A stretch of DNA of 63,980 bases, counting the filler, from Aduncisulcus paluster (lineage: Eukaryota), in the NCBI GenBank assembly GCA_024181965.1. It is 11 parts of 11 records of this genome, joined end to end, with 100 filler letters (N's around TTAATTAATTAA, not from the genome) between each part and the next. Parts side by side here need not be neighbours in the genome. Positions count along the whole stretch, not along the records: positions 19,321 to 30,536 come from BQXS01011680.1; positions 30,637 to 35,513 come from BQXS01011681.1; 9 more parts are not named here. The stretch is one strand, 5' to 3'. The notes beneath the pieces were generated by a model. That model worked only from the letters and a program-made list of their open reading frames with translations. It did no database searches and was not told where the DNA came from. Shown one piece after another: positions 24,654 through 35,613 of the stretch (position 1 is its first letter; each line of letters begins with the position of its first letter). The translations under genes were made by a program, and so were the position numbers.

Positions 24654-25553
24654 TTAAAATATCTTTTTCTTTCCTGCTGTATTCATAAATAGATGCAATG
24701 ACCATTCTATTATGGGATCCTTTTGATCAACTGTTCCTTTTCTTATTTGGTAAGGTCTCATTTCAAACCGAGGACCACATTCTTCTGTTTCAACTCCTTT
24801 TGGATCCGTTCCCTTTTCCCGTTTAAATGTATGATGTCTAAAACTAATGAGATCATCCTCATTGACAAAAGAAATTAACCTATGTGATTCTGATGGAGGT
24901 TGGGGAAAACAGAATTTCAAAATCGATTTGATTCGCATTCCAATGCTTGAAGAAAAGCCCGATAATAATAAATGCGGGTATTTTTCAGAACAAGGTTTTA
25001 ATCCCTCTAAATCGTGTCGCAATACAACTCCTGTGAGTGAACAACAGAGAGTTGGACCAGCAGGAAGGTGAGAGATGAATAAAGCATCTGGTTGTCCTTT
25101 TGTCTCATGAGCAATAACAATATCACTGAATCCACTGGAAGTAGCCGACGAAACAATACTTTCCATCACTAAAGATCCCCTGTTAACGCGCTGAGAATTG
25201 GGAAAAATAATTCTAAGTTCTTTAGCAAACAATGATAACCTCGTTGAAGGGTGTCGAGATGTAGTAATCAGTATTTTTGGATCTTTCAATCCAGCAGTTG
25301 CATATTCACTCTCAGCAAGAACAGCTGTTTTAGAAGAGATTTTTCCAGTAATAACATCGTCATATGTGGCTTTATCATACAAATCAAGAGCTTGATCTTG
25401 AAGTTTTTTGCTTAATATCTTTTTCCCATCCTTTAACAATCGAAGAACCTTTTTCTTTTTCCTATCTTCCCCTCTCTTTTGTTCTGATAATTTTTTTTGA
25501 ACAATGAGTTCTCTTTGTTTTCTTCTAGCCCTTTGAGCCACAAGACTATGCAT
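24654..25553 (-). CDS. IMP4: U3 snoRNP protein Imp4 (Brix domain)
   Basis: DPKILITTSRHPSTRLSLFAKE, RVNRG, HETKGQPDALFISHLPAGPT, ISFRHH, GPRFEMRPYQI. Confidence 0.93.
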   Translation of the reverse strand: MHSLVAQRARRKQRELIVQKKLSEQKRGEDRKKKKVLRLLKDGKKILSKKLQDQALDLYDKATYDDVITGKISSKTAVLAESEYATAGLKDPKILITTSRHPSTRLSLFAKELRIIFPNSQRVNRGSLVMESIVSSATSSGFSDIVIAHETKGQPDALFISHLPAGPTLCCSLTGVVLRHDLEGLKPCSEKYPHLLLSGFSSSIGMRIKSILKFCFPQPPSESHRLISFVNEDDLISFRHHTFKREKGTDPKGVETEECGPRFEMRPYQIRKGTVDQKDPIIEWSLHLFMNTAGKKKIF

Positions 25554-25866
25554 AATGGTTGGATAATCGCACTCAAAAAGGCTGAATTATATCCAATCCA
25601 TTTGAAACTTCAATATTGAAAAAATTACTAGGACAATTTCTTTATCAATGAAATATAATTTATGAATTTCATAATAATATGTGGAAATATACAATGAAGT
25701 GAGTGGTATCTGATTTGGTATCTTGAAGACCTTCTATTGTCCTTTTTCTTGAGGTCTTGACAAGAGTTATTCCACTCTTCTCCAATTTACAGCAAACAAA
25801 CTTAATTTTTCTCGAAATAGTTATTTTTAATCTTATATTGTATCCCTCTGCACATCATTATCTCCA

Positions 25867-26580
25867 ATGACGACAGAATGTCCACCGGGAAAGTTTTATT
25901 ATGAAAATTTACAGATATGTCTAATTTGCAAAGCTGGAACCTATTCCCCAGGAGGAGATATTACAGAATGCATTTCTTGCCCCCCAGGATCATATTCTTC
26001 TGTACATGCCTCTGAATGTACTCCGTGCGGAAAAGGGACAGAATCAGCTTGGAATTGTATCGATGGCCATCGGTATGGTTCAATGCGTACATGTCGAGCC
26101 AGTGATATGTGTAAATCATGTCCTGAAGGCACATATGGAGATCAAACTGGAATGAAATATTGTATTCCATGCGGTAAGGGTCAATATAACGATTATGTGG
26201 CAGCTACATCGGAATCCAAGTGTACAATCTGCCCGGCTGGTTCTTTTTGTCCATATGAAGCAACTTCTGAACCAATTTCATGTTCTACAAATTCTTATTC
26301 GTCATTTGGAAGTATTGAATGCCTTCCATGTGAATCATTTTGGAAACATACAACCCCTAACTTATCTGAATGTAATATTGCACCTTCTATTCTGATTGTG
26401 CCCTCAATTCTTCTTTTGCTCATCGCCTTAACCATGTTTTACATCTTTGGCGGCAAATTACAAAAAATATATTGTAAAAGAGAAATATTAGACCCATACA
26501 TTCCAGATATTGATATTGATATCTCAAAGACTATTAGAGAAACAAGTATTTTGAATACAGACGATCAAAGTTTGTTATAG
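25867..26580 (+). CDS. Cysteine-rich (CxxC; TNFR/GCC2-GCC3-like repeats) membrane protein
   Basis: Repeated C-x-x-C-P-x-G-x-Y units and a C-terminal TM helix (ILIVPSILLLLIALTMFYIF). Confidence 0.8.
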   Translation: MTTECPPGKFYYENLQICLICKAGTYSPGGDITECISCPPGSYSSVHASECTPCGKGTESAWNCIDGHRYGSMRTCRASDMCKSCPEGTYGDQTGMKYCIPCGKGQYNDYVAATSESKCTICPAGSFCPYEATSEPISCSTNSYSSFGSIECLPCESFWKHTTPNLSECNIAPSILIVPSILLLLIALTMFYIFGGKLQKIYCKREILDPYIPDIDIDISKTIRETSILNTDDQSLL

Positions 26581-26881
26581 AATTAATTTATTTAACAATA
26601 AACAAATTGTGTTATATCATTTATTTTTCGACACCATCAGTACAGAATCTCATTTGTTCAAAAATAACTATTTTTAGAATAATAAAAGTTTTATTTAGCA
26701 ATATAAAATTTATTAAATTTATATTATTTTAATATTAATTCTTTCTTTAAAATATATTTTACATTTCTAAAAATAGACTTTTTTTCTATATTTGAATCTG
26801 ATTCAAAAAATCATCTCTTCTCAGGTTTTTGGCGAACTTCTCTTTATTCGATCGAAATTTAAGAAAAAAAAATTACTATCA

Positions 26882-29800
26882 ATGTTTCTTAATTTAAACA
26901 AGTGTTTTATTTTTTTGTCACTTCTTCTTTTATTATTTTTTTCGTTTGATTTTGCTAGTGCCTATTCTATTGTTTTCGATAGTAGATATATTACTTATAA
27001 AGGATTAGCTACTTCAAGTGCGAGTTTTTCTTTTTGTATTAGTGATGATTATGGGAGTTGCGCGATCAACATTTATTCTGGGACTGGTTATAATGAAGAT
27101 GTCCAAGATTTATTGAATACGATGGTGTTTTCAAGAGAACGAATTCAAGATTTAGATGGAAATGACATCACTGGTGGTGAAGTTGAAACCTCTAAAGAGT
27201 TGGTTCCAATTAACAACGAGTCTTATTCTGCTATCAATTTGAATTTTAGTTGGCCTACTGTTCCCGGAGTTTATGATTTTTCCTGTTCTTATGGGGTGTC
27301 TCCCTCGACCACAGTGACTTTTCTTACCACTTTCAAGAGTTTTCCTCTTCCTGATCTCGATCTCGATGAGACTATGGAATTAGATGGGGCAATTGAAGGA
27401 GTTTCTACTAAAGTTTATGCCGGATCTGATTATTTGATCGATTTGTGGTTGAGATATGAGGATGAAACTCCAATGTTACCCCAGTATTGTCCGTATTCAA
27501 GCTACATTGTTCAAAATAAGTTTGCTCTTGTTAAAAGTGGAGTATCAACTCCAAGTACTTACAATCAAGAATATGACATTACAGGCTTTGAAGCTTTGGA
27601 TGGAAAAATTGTACACACAGGAACTTGGCCAGAATGTGGTTCTACTGGAACTCTGAGTCAGGCTGTCCAAGGCGAATACGAACTTGTTTATAGTATTGTA
27701 TCCGAATCTGTCTCCCTCCCGATCATTTTTGTTCCCCACATCGATCTTGATCAATCTTTGTTTTCTATATCTCCTACTGAATTCCTTTCGGACGATACGC
27801 TCACCATTTCCATTGGGCTCTACACAAACTATGGTGAACCTGTTGTCTATACGATGGATAATTACCTTGACGATTTTTCTTTTCAACTTCTCTCCTCGGG
27901 TACAATAACCACAGTCACCCCAACTCTGACATCAGGCGATTCTGATCCTTCAAATCTTGAGTGGACATTGGATCGTGATCCTAATTTCCTTACTAGTGGT
28001 TCTTATACCCTCTATGTGAAAGAATCTTTGACCAATACTGTGACCAGTGTCACGTTCAGTGTCAAAAAACCTGTTGATATCGATGAATGTTCCCTTTCTG
28101 CTTCACAAGAAGTGTATTTCCATGATGAAACCATGAAATTAACATTAACTATCGACAATGAGGATCAGACTGGGGCTAGATACACTTATCTCACCACAGA
28201 TTACGAAGATTCTCTTGTTTTGTACTATAGAAACCAAGAAGATGCCAGTTATACTGCTGATACCCTGATCAGTTCTGTTGTTGTGACCGAATCTAACATT
28301 AGTAGCATTGAAATCACTGCTCTTGTTCCCGATAAGGAAGGAACAACGACATTTAAAATATGTTCTGGTGCTTCTTTGTGTACTGGAGGTGCTATGACAA
28401 GTTCTGAAGTTGTTTACGGCATTGACATGGATTCTTCTGTACTTTCTGCATCTCCTGCCTCCTTGGATGTTTTCTCTTCCCCTGTTGTGTTCGGAGATCG
28501 TTCCTTGTACGTTAGATTCACCCCAACCAAGCTTGTCAGTGGAGAATCTTATGATCCTTCAGTTGTTCCCGAAAACTTGGAGATTTCTTTGTCATATGAT
28601 GGGTCTTCTGTTGTCATGACCGACTGTTCTAGCGCTACGGAACTTATTTTCTGTTCAGAACTCACATCTTCTTCGGAAGGCCCCTCTGACGACGATGTTG
28701 AAGTTTCTTATGAAGCCAAGTCAACCGATTCGTCAATTCACGTCACAAAACCTTTCCTTATGTCAAAATCTGAGATTGGATTTGTTGGAGATTACACTGT
28801 TGTTTTTATCAACGATTCTTTGGAGATAAATTTGGAACCCTTGGCAACAGATGGCACAGATTTAGATAGTCTTGCTAGTGATTTCATCTCTACGATCTCT
28901 TCTGACTTGGGAACTCCAACATCTTCCTCTGTTTCTTCGATTATATTCCCTTTTACAGCTCCAGGTAATGTCGCCACACATTCTGAATCAGTGAGTTACA
29001 AGAGTTACAACAGTAGTTCAGATTCTCTTTCCTTTTCTTATAAGACTGTGCCTTTGGTTGATTATGATCAGTCTTTGTTCACTGTTGAACCTCTAAGTTC
29101 ATTTTCTGGTGATGCTGTTGAAGTTTCCTTCGTTCCAAAGAAATCTAGTGGAGGTACATTCACCAATTTCCCTGTGTATTACATTGATGACCTCTCCATG
29201 ACGTCTGATGGTGTTGTAATTGCCGCCAGCAGTGGATCTCTTCCTGCTGGGCTGGATTATTCCTTTACTTCCCCAGATGCTGGTACCTATGATGTGTGTA
29301 TTGTGCATGGAGGCATTCAGATGACCGTATCTGCCACTTCTCTTGTTCCATTTACAAGCAACAGTTCCTTCTCATTTTATCCGAGTGGAGTTTTGTTCAC
29401 TGATCGTGACTTTTCAGTGGAAATTACCCTGCTTGACGCTTCTAGTAATGACCTAACATCTCTTCCTTCCGATTTTGATGATAATTTGGAATGGTTGATT
29501 TCTCTTGATGGTTCTTCATGGACAACTATTACCGGTGATTACTCCATTGACCTTCCAACAATCACTTTTGATAGTACTGCTCCTTCCACTAGTGGCGAAT
29601 ACACGATCATGATGAGGTACAAAACGAGAACCATCACAAAGATTGTCGAAATTGTTAATGTTTTTGACAATGAAAACTCTTCTCCTTCTTTAAATTTGAC
29701 CCAGATCTTTGAAAGTGAGACCCTGACCGTTGATTTCACTGTTAACGATTCAAATGGAGATGCTGTTGATGTTTTCCCTGATGATTTTGTCTCTCAGCTT

Positions 29801-30536
29801 GAGGATAACATTGAAATTGTCCTTGAAGATGATTCTACGATCAGTTGTGAATCTCTATCATTTGAGCAAGATAACACCGAGTTAAATTCTTTCTCTATCT
29901 CCTGTGAATTGCCATCATTCTCCGATTTGACAAGTTCCCATGGTTATACTATTATCCAGATCCAAACATCTTACAACGATTTCCTTGTCATGAAGACAGT
30001 TGATGTGTATGTGACCCCAGTCGTAGATTTTACTGAATCTTCCATTGTTGTATCTCCTGACCCAGTGTTCTCTCAGAATACCATTTCATTCACTTTCACT
30101 CCTCGTGACTCTTCATCTTCTTTGTTTTCTGGGCTCCCTTCTTTCTACGATGTTCAGTATTTCATCAAGAACGAAAGTTCCGGTGCGATTTATGAGATCG
30201 GTGAATCTGGAACAGACATCACCTTCAATTCCTCCTCTATCCACTTCGAATTCGATTCCGACTCTTCCAGTTACGCTTCTTTTACCTGTGAACTTCCGAC
30301 GAATATTGTAGCTGGTTCTTATATTGTATATGTAGTGGAAAATGAAGGTGATTCGATTGTCTGTTCTGACACATTGACCGTTATTGCTGCCCCTAACTAT
30401 GATGCAGAAGGATGTGTTGTTATTACCCCACCGACAGTTTTTGCTGGATATCCCCTTGACGTTTCATATAATCCCGTTAATGTTGAAGGAGGATCTTTGG
30501 CCCGTGCTCCATCAGATTGGCCTGAGCACTTGAAGC
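26882..30536 (+). CDS. Large secreted/surface protein with tandem Ig/invasin-like beta repeats (3' partial)
   Basis: Signal peptide (FIFLSLLLLLFFSFDFASA). Acidic Ser/Thr-rich repeats of about 105-115 aa, starting with a D-x-x-x-S-x-hydrophobic-x-hydrophobic-x-P pattern and containing G-x-Y. Confidence 0.75.
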
Positions 30537-30636
30537 NNNNNNNNNNNNNNNNNNNNNNNNNNNNNNNNNNNNNNNNNNNNTTAATTAATTAANNNNNNNN
30601 NNNNNNNNNNNNNNNNNNNNNNNNNNNNNNNNNNNN

Positions 30637-31589
30637 CCAGTAAAATCACCTATCCTCGTAAGGCGTGGATAAGACCAGAGCGTGAGTTGATTATGTTGAA
30701 ACCCATGAGCAGAAAGGAGTTCACGCCCATATGGACTCCATATTAATGCAGATACCTGAGATTCAGTGTCAACACGCTCAATGCATCGACCAGATGTTGT
30801 ATTCCAGATACAGATGGAACGGTCAGTTGTACCACCACCAGTGGCAAGTAAATCGTGCTGGAAGGGGGCCCAAGCAAGGGCTTTAACAGCAGCACTATGC
30901 TCTTTCAGGGTGTGGATCGATTTCCCGCCTTCTCTTCTCCAAATCTTGACAGAATTATCATTGCTTCCACTAGCAAAATGTTTCCCAGAAGGAGACCAGG
31001 CCAGCCCACATATTTCTTGTGTATGCTCCGTCAAAGTGGCATATCTATGTCTAGATACACGAACATCGTGCAACTGGATCGTCTGATCACGTGACCCGGA
31101 AGCTAATGACCAAGAGGACCAATCAAGAGAAGTGACGCGACCAGCATGGCCTGTAAGCGATCTAACTTGTTTCCCCTTTGGGATGTTCCATATTTGAATA
31201 AGACCCATCTCAGTACCAATAGCCAAATGATTACCATCTTGAGTGAATCGGCAACTGACAATTGGATCACTAGCCGGCTGTTCAACAAGACATTCGACAT
31301 TTCCAGTTGCCGCATTCCAAAGGAATATTCTATTCTCTAATCCAACGGAGACAATACCTTGTGAACTCCAATCAAGCAAATTGCAATAAAAATCGTCTGA
31401 AAGTAATGGGGCATCTAATATTCTCACAGCTGAGGTATTCAAACTCCGACTATGTTTAACTGCTTTGGCTTGAGCAGTTGTATTTTGCGAATATAAAATC
31501 TTAGCCGCTGATTGCCAGCCTTTAGGCGCAGATGGTGCTTTGGAAGTTAAAGACAGAACTTTAGGTTCCTTTCTTGTCAATTTTTCCAT
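30637..31589 (-). CDS. CDC20: Cdc20/Fizzy WD40 protein (3' partial)
   Basis: ILYSQ...RILDAPLLSDDFYCNLLDWS, HTQEICGLAWS, ASGSNDN, AAVKALAWAP, LLATGGGTTDRSI, SAHGFQHNQLTLW. Confidence 0.92.
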
Positions 31590-31844
31590 CAAATAAGAAA
31601 TGAATGATCGACAAAATCAACCAAACAAAAAAACAAAATACTTCTGGCTCTTTGCAAACCATTTCAACTTTATTAAATCAATAAGGATCATTAAAATATG
31701 TAATTTACATATTCTATCCTGCAAATTTCTTGGATATGCCATTGCAAAAAACAAATCTATTGTTGGCGTAGAAGGGGGGCTTTATATCATATAATATTTA
31801 CTTTTTCTTTGTTTTCTTTCGGATTCTAGATATTTTCTCACAAG

Positions 31845-32100
31845 AACACTCCAAAAAATGACGCCAACACATCCTACAAGCATACAATGTGGTACAATGC
31901 ACTGTATAGTACAGTAAGGAAAACACGATGGATTACAACGGAATTGATTGTAATATGGCAACCAGTATTACCGAAGTGAAAAGCTTTCATAATATATAAA
32001 TTTACACCCCAATCCTGGAAGTAGTAGCGTCATTTTGGGTTTGGTGAGGAGAAACAGATTTACACCTCAACTGGGGAAGAAAAAGTCGATCACACCGTTC
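31845..32100 (-). ncRNA. Candidate structured RNA element of unknown class
   Basis: Long-range helix between 32017-32038 and 31851-31874, plus several local hairpins. G-U pairs favour the minus strand. No family motif recognised. Confidence 0.3.
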
Positions 32101-32145
32101 CAAAAAGCAAAAAAAAAATAAAAAAGGATTTGATTGCATCGAATC

Positions 32146-33954
32146 TTATTTGATCGAAACCACCTCTTTGCTTTTCAACGCCAATTCTTTTGTTCTAGCA
32201 TCGACGTATTCCTGTCTAATTACTTCACTAGCCAGTAATCTCTTCATGGTCGTTGCTTCATGCGGGATTTTCTGTCTCAATACCCTTGGGATCTCCAAGA
32301 TATGGACAGAACCTTGGGAATCACCACAGGCGACAACATCGGCCATACCACGTTTTCCAGCCAGTTTTACACGTCTCCTGTAACACAAATGTGTAATTGA
32401 ACTCACACAGACCGATGTTGTTGAGAATGGTCTCTGAGTTGAATCAATGAGATCCCAAACACTAACTGACCCATCCGAGAGTCCAAACAATATCACACCA
32501 GGTCTTGCATCGCTCAAACAAGCACAAGTAATGCATATTCCAACATTTTCAACCCCGACTTCAATTTTAAATATCGGCATGTCACGGTTCCACAAACAAA
32601 CACAGAATCTGTCAGCAGACATGGTAACTTCAGGCAAAAATTGGGAGCGTTGGAGGGAGTGGATTGTAGTTGAGTGTGCCTTAATCACTGTATCAATAGT
32701 TGGAACACTCGTACTTATGAGGGTCTGAAGAGGAAGCAGCGTCTTGGGAGCAGAATCATCCACAACCTGACCAAAGCCTCTTGCACGTCTCCGTTTCAGT
32801 TTCTTCGTTTCTTTCGTCAATGTCTCATATGCACCATCCCAACTCATTGTGATTACCTGCCCATCCTCAATACTAGCGAGAAATGTAGACGAGGGAGTTG
32901 AATGATCGAACAAAAATGAATTAATTGCGCAATTTTTAAGAACAGGGGTAACAACTGATATTTTGAGAATTGAAACAAGCTCATCCCGACCGAGAACATC
33001 GAGCTCAGTATTACCAAGAGACCAGACGCTGATGATACCATCTGTACCAGCTGTAACAAACTGCGAAGTGGCTCTTGGCTGAGCTGAAGTCAGCAAAGTT
33101 CCATCTGGATTGATCTGAGCGTTAGCAGGGAGCCATGACAGTGCTGTTATGTAACCATGATGAGAAGAGGAGATGGAGGAAGATATAATTGGTGAAATAA
33201 TTGATGAATCGACACTATCCATCGACACACCCATTTGTTTATCTTTGACATTATAATCGAGGGGACATGGACCTCCACCGGTGAGAAAACCGACATCAAA
33301 CACATGAACTGAACCACAGGCAGTAGTTGCAACAACAGCAGAAGGGAGACGAGGGCAGAATGATATCTTTGTGAGCTCTTCTGGAGCTTGAAGGATGGCG
33401 CGAGGCTTGACAGGGTCCTCAAATGACCATACCAATCCATAAGAAGGTTCATCAACACCTAACGAAGCAAGAACGTCTTGATATCCACCTTTTGGACCCG
33501 TACACATGATGATCATACCAGCTATTTCCGGATGCCACTCTAAATATAATACTTGACGCCCTTTTGTATATTCTAAATGAGTAAATATCTGTTCACCTTC
33601 TAAATTGCTTTTTGTCAGATTACCTAACTCTTCACCAACGCTAATAACTCCTTTATCTACATCTACTAATTCATTTTGGGTCAAAGCTTCTTCTAACGAA
33701 GGATATATTTTTTCAAAGAAAGCAGATAGTGAGGGGCTCTTCAATTCCTCTTCTAATTCTTTATCGGATAATTGGGTAGGTATGTGTTGGGTGGAGGAAT
33801 TTGCATAACGCACCCATTTGGTTTGGGATTTCTTGGAGGCAGTCGACACCATTATCTGGGTTGAAGCCTCTAAAAGGACTGATTCAACAATGAAAGAATC
33901 ATCCTTATAGGATCTCAACTCTGTAATTGCTGACGAATAATTTGAAAAATTCAT
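32146..33954 (-). CDS. Axonemal dynein intermediate chain, WDR63/DNAI3-like WD40
   Basis: QTKW...NSSTQ and LEEALTQNE motifs, LEWHP, VWSFEDPVKPRAILQAP, RSQFLPEV, RPGVILFGLSDGSVSVWDL, CGDSQGSVHILEIPRVL. Confidence 0.8.
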   Translation of the reverse strand: MNFSNYSSAITELRSYKDDSFIVESVLLEASTQIMVSTASKKSQTKWVRYANSSTQHIPTQLSDKELEEELKSPSLSAFFEKIYPSLEEALTQNELVDVDKGVISVGEELGNLTKSNLEGEQIFTHLEYTKGRQVLYLEWHPEIAGMIIMCTGPKGGYQDVLASLGVDEPSYGLVWSFEDPVKPRAILQAPEELTKISFCPRLPSAVVATTACGSVHVFDVGFLTGGGPCPLDYNVKDKQMGVSMDSVDSSIISPIISSSISSSHHGYITALSWLPANAQINPDGTLLTSAQPRATSQFVTAGTDGIISVWSLGNTELDVLGRDELVSILKISVVTPVLKNCAINSFLFDHSTPSSTFLASIEDGQVITMSWDGAYETLTKETKKLKRRRARGFGQVVDDSAPKTLLPLQTLISTSVPTIDTVIKAHSTTIHSLQRSQFLPEVTMSADRFCVCLWNRDMPIFKIEVGVENVGICITCACLSDARPGVILFGLSDGSVSVWDLIDSTQRPFSTTSVCVSSITHLCYRRRVKLAGKRGMADVVACGDSQGSVHILEIPRVLRQKIPHEATTMKRLLASEVIRQEYVDARTKELALKSKEVVSIK

Positions 33955-34230
33955 GTTTGCAGTGCAAAAGTTTTTTTTAACAAATAACATCAAGAAACCA
34001 AAAAATTATAATATAATCACCACAATTAATTTATAATTAACATATGCAATGAGAATTATAATTTTTTATTGCTTTATACCTTAAAAATCTCACTCTAGAG
34101 ATATTCGCACGATATTAGCCCAAATTATTTGTTCAACAGACATTTTTTAAGTTTAAAAATACTTTCACATTGTAGAAATTCCATATATAATAACAAACAT
34201 CAATATTTATTGAATTTTGTTCGACAAATA

Positions 34231-35020
34231 TTATTTACCTCCCAACAAGGCATCAACTTCTTTAAGAAGATCACCATCATCGGCAATAGCGGTCGAAGTG
34301 GCAACTGGAGTAACTCCAACTTCTCCAAGTTTTGTTTCAGTTTCTATTCCAAGTTCTGTGAGCACACCATCAACAATCTTATCCATCTCACCTTCTTCAT
34401 CACCTTCAGCAAAAGCATCCTCCATTGCATCATCCATCATTTCTTGTTTCATTTCCATCTTCTCATTTTCTCTCATGAATTGTCTCATTTGTTGCTGAAC
34501 TTGGTGAATATTCATTCCAGAGTTCATGGCGGCAATAACAGAAGTAGCACCACCCATAACAGATGTTAATTGCTCAGTGGATCTAACTGTGGCAATCCTC
34601 ATACTAATAGCTCCGAGTTGGGCCTTCATACGAGTGCAATTGGTGATGTAACGACGAGTACGAACGAGATCTTTAGCTTGAATACGGGCAGCGGCCATTT
34701 GACCCTTTTTCGCGGCAGCCTTAATCTTGGGTTCAAGACGACGTTCATCCATCTCCAACTTACGAATTTCTTTTTCGAGATCACGGGTAGCCTTTTTCAT
34801 GATCTGTTTGTTCTCCTCAAGTTGTTCTGAGGATTATTAGAATAAAAAAAATAATAAAAAAAGGAAAATGACAAAAAAGAAAATTAAAGTTAATGAAAGA
34901 AAAGAAATAAAATAACGGAAAGAAATCAATGAGAAATATTAACAAAAAAAAAATGAAAAGGAGGAGATAGCAAAAAATAAACATACCAGCGAGTGTTTTT
35001 TTCCTTCCAAAGAGTCCCAT
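34231..35020 (-). CDS. CHMP2A: ESCRT-III subunit CHMP2A/Vps2; 2 exons (35020-34987, 34826-34231)
   Basis: Spliced N-terminus MGLFGRKKTLAEQLEENKQIMKKATRDLEKE, then AKDLVRTRRY and MEMKQEMMDDAM. Intron 34827-34986 (GTATGT...CTAAT...CAG). Confidence 0.92.
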
Positions 35021-35613
35021 TTTTATATTATTATGATTTTTTTTTGGTGAATGTTGCAAAATAAAGATACTCGACGAAAAGAATTCTATGAAGATTCTGT
35101 CTCACCGAAGCCCAGGCATCAAAACCCCAAAACTAAAAATAAATAAGAAATTTATAAAAGTGAGAATTTAATTTGATGTCATTTAATTATTTTGGAATAA
35201 AATATACAAACAAGGATCCGTAAACAACAAATCGTTGAGTTTATTTATAGGACGTAACAGGTTCTCGCTAAATTTTTAAACACTAGGATTTTACGATAAA
35301 TTGTTTCAGTAAAATTGGGTTTAATTTGCGAGATTTTTGGGTGTTTTTTGGCTGAAAGAACTAAAAGCTTAGGTGACTACCCTTGCTCTTTGGTTCTTTC
35401 TTTTGGATTAAATTCCAGCTGTAAGACGATACACAAGTCGCTTCTCTTATACACAGGCCTCTTCCAAGCCCACATAGAAGGGTAGATGCCCATCTACGTG
35501 ATCTCTCTTCTCTNNNNNNNNNNNNNNNNNNNNNNNNNNNNNNNNNNNNNNNNNNNNTTAATTAATTAANNNNNNNNNNNNNNNNNNNNNNNNNNNNNNN
35601 NNNNNNNNNNNNN

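Noticed and set aside
32017..32040. GTAGTA as a U2 snRNA branch-recognition site on the plus strand
   Set aside because: Flanking U2 features (stem I, AUCUGUUCU, stem IIa) are absent.
35443..35455. TCTCTTATACACA resembling the Tn5/Nextera mosaic end
   Set aside because: Only a partial match, and it sits inside an open minus-strand frame that looks like the 3' end of a gene cut by the contig edge.
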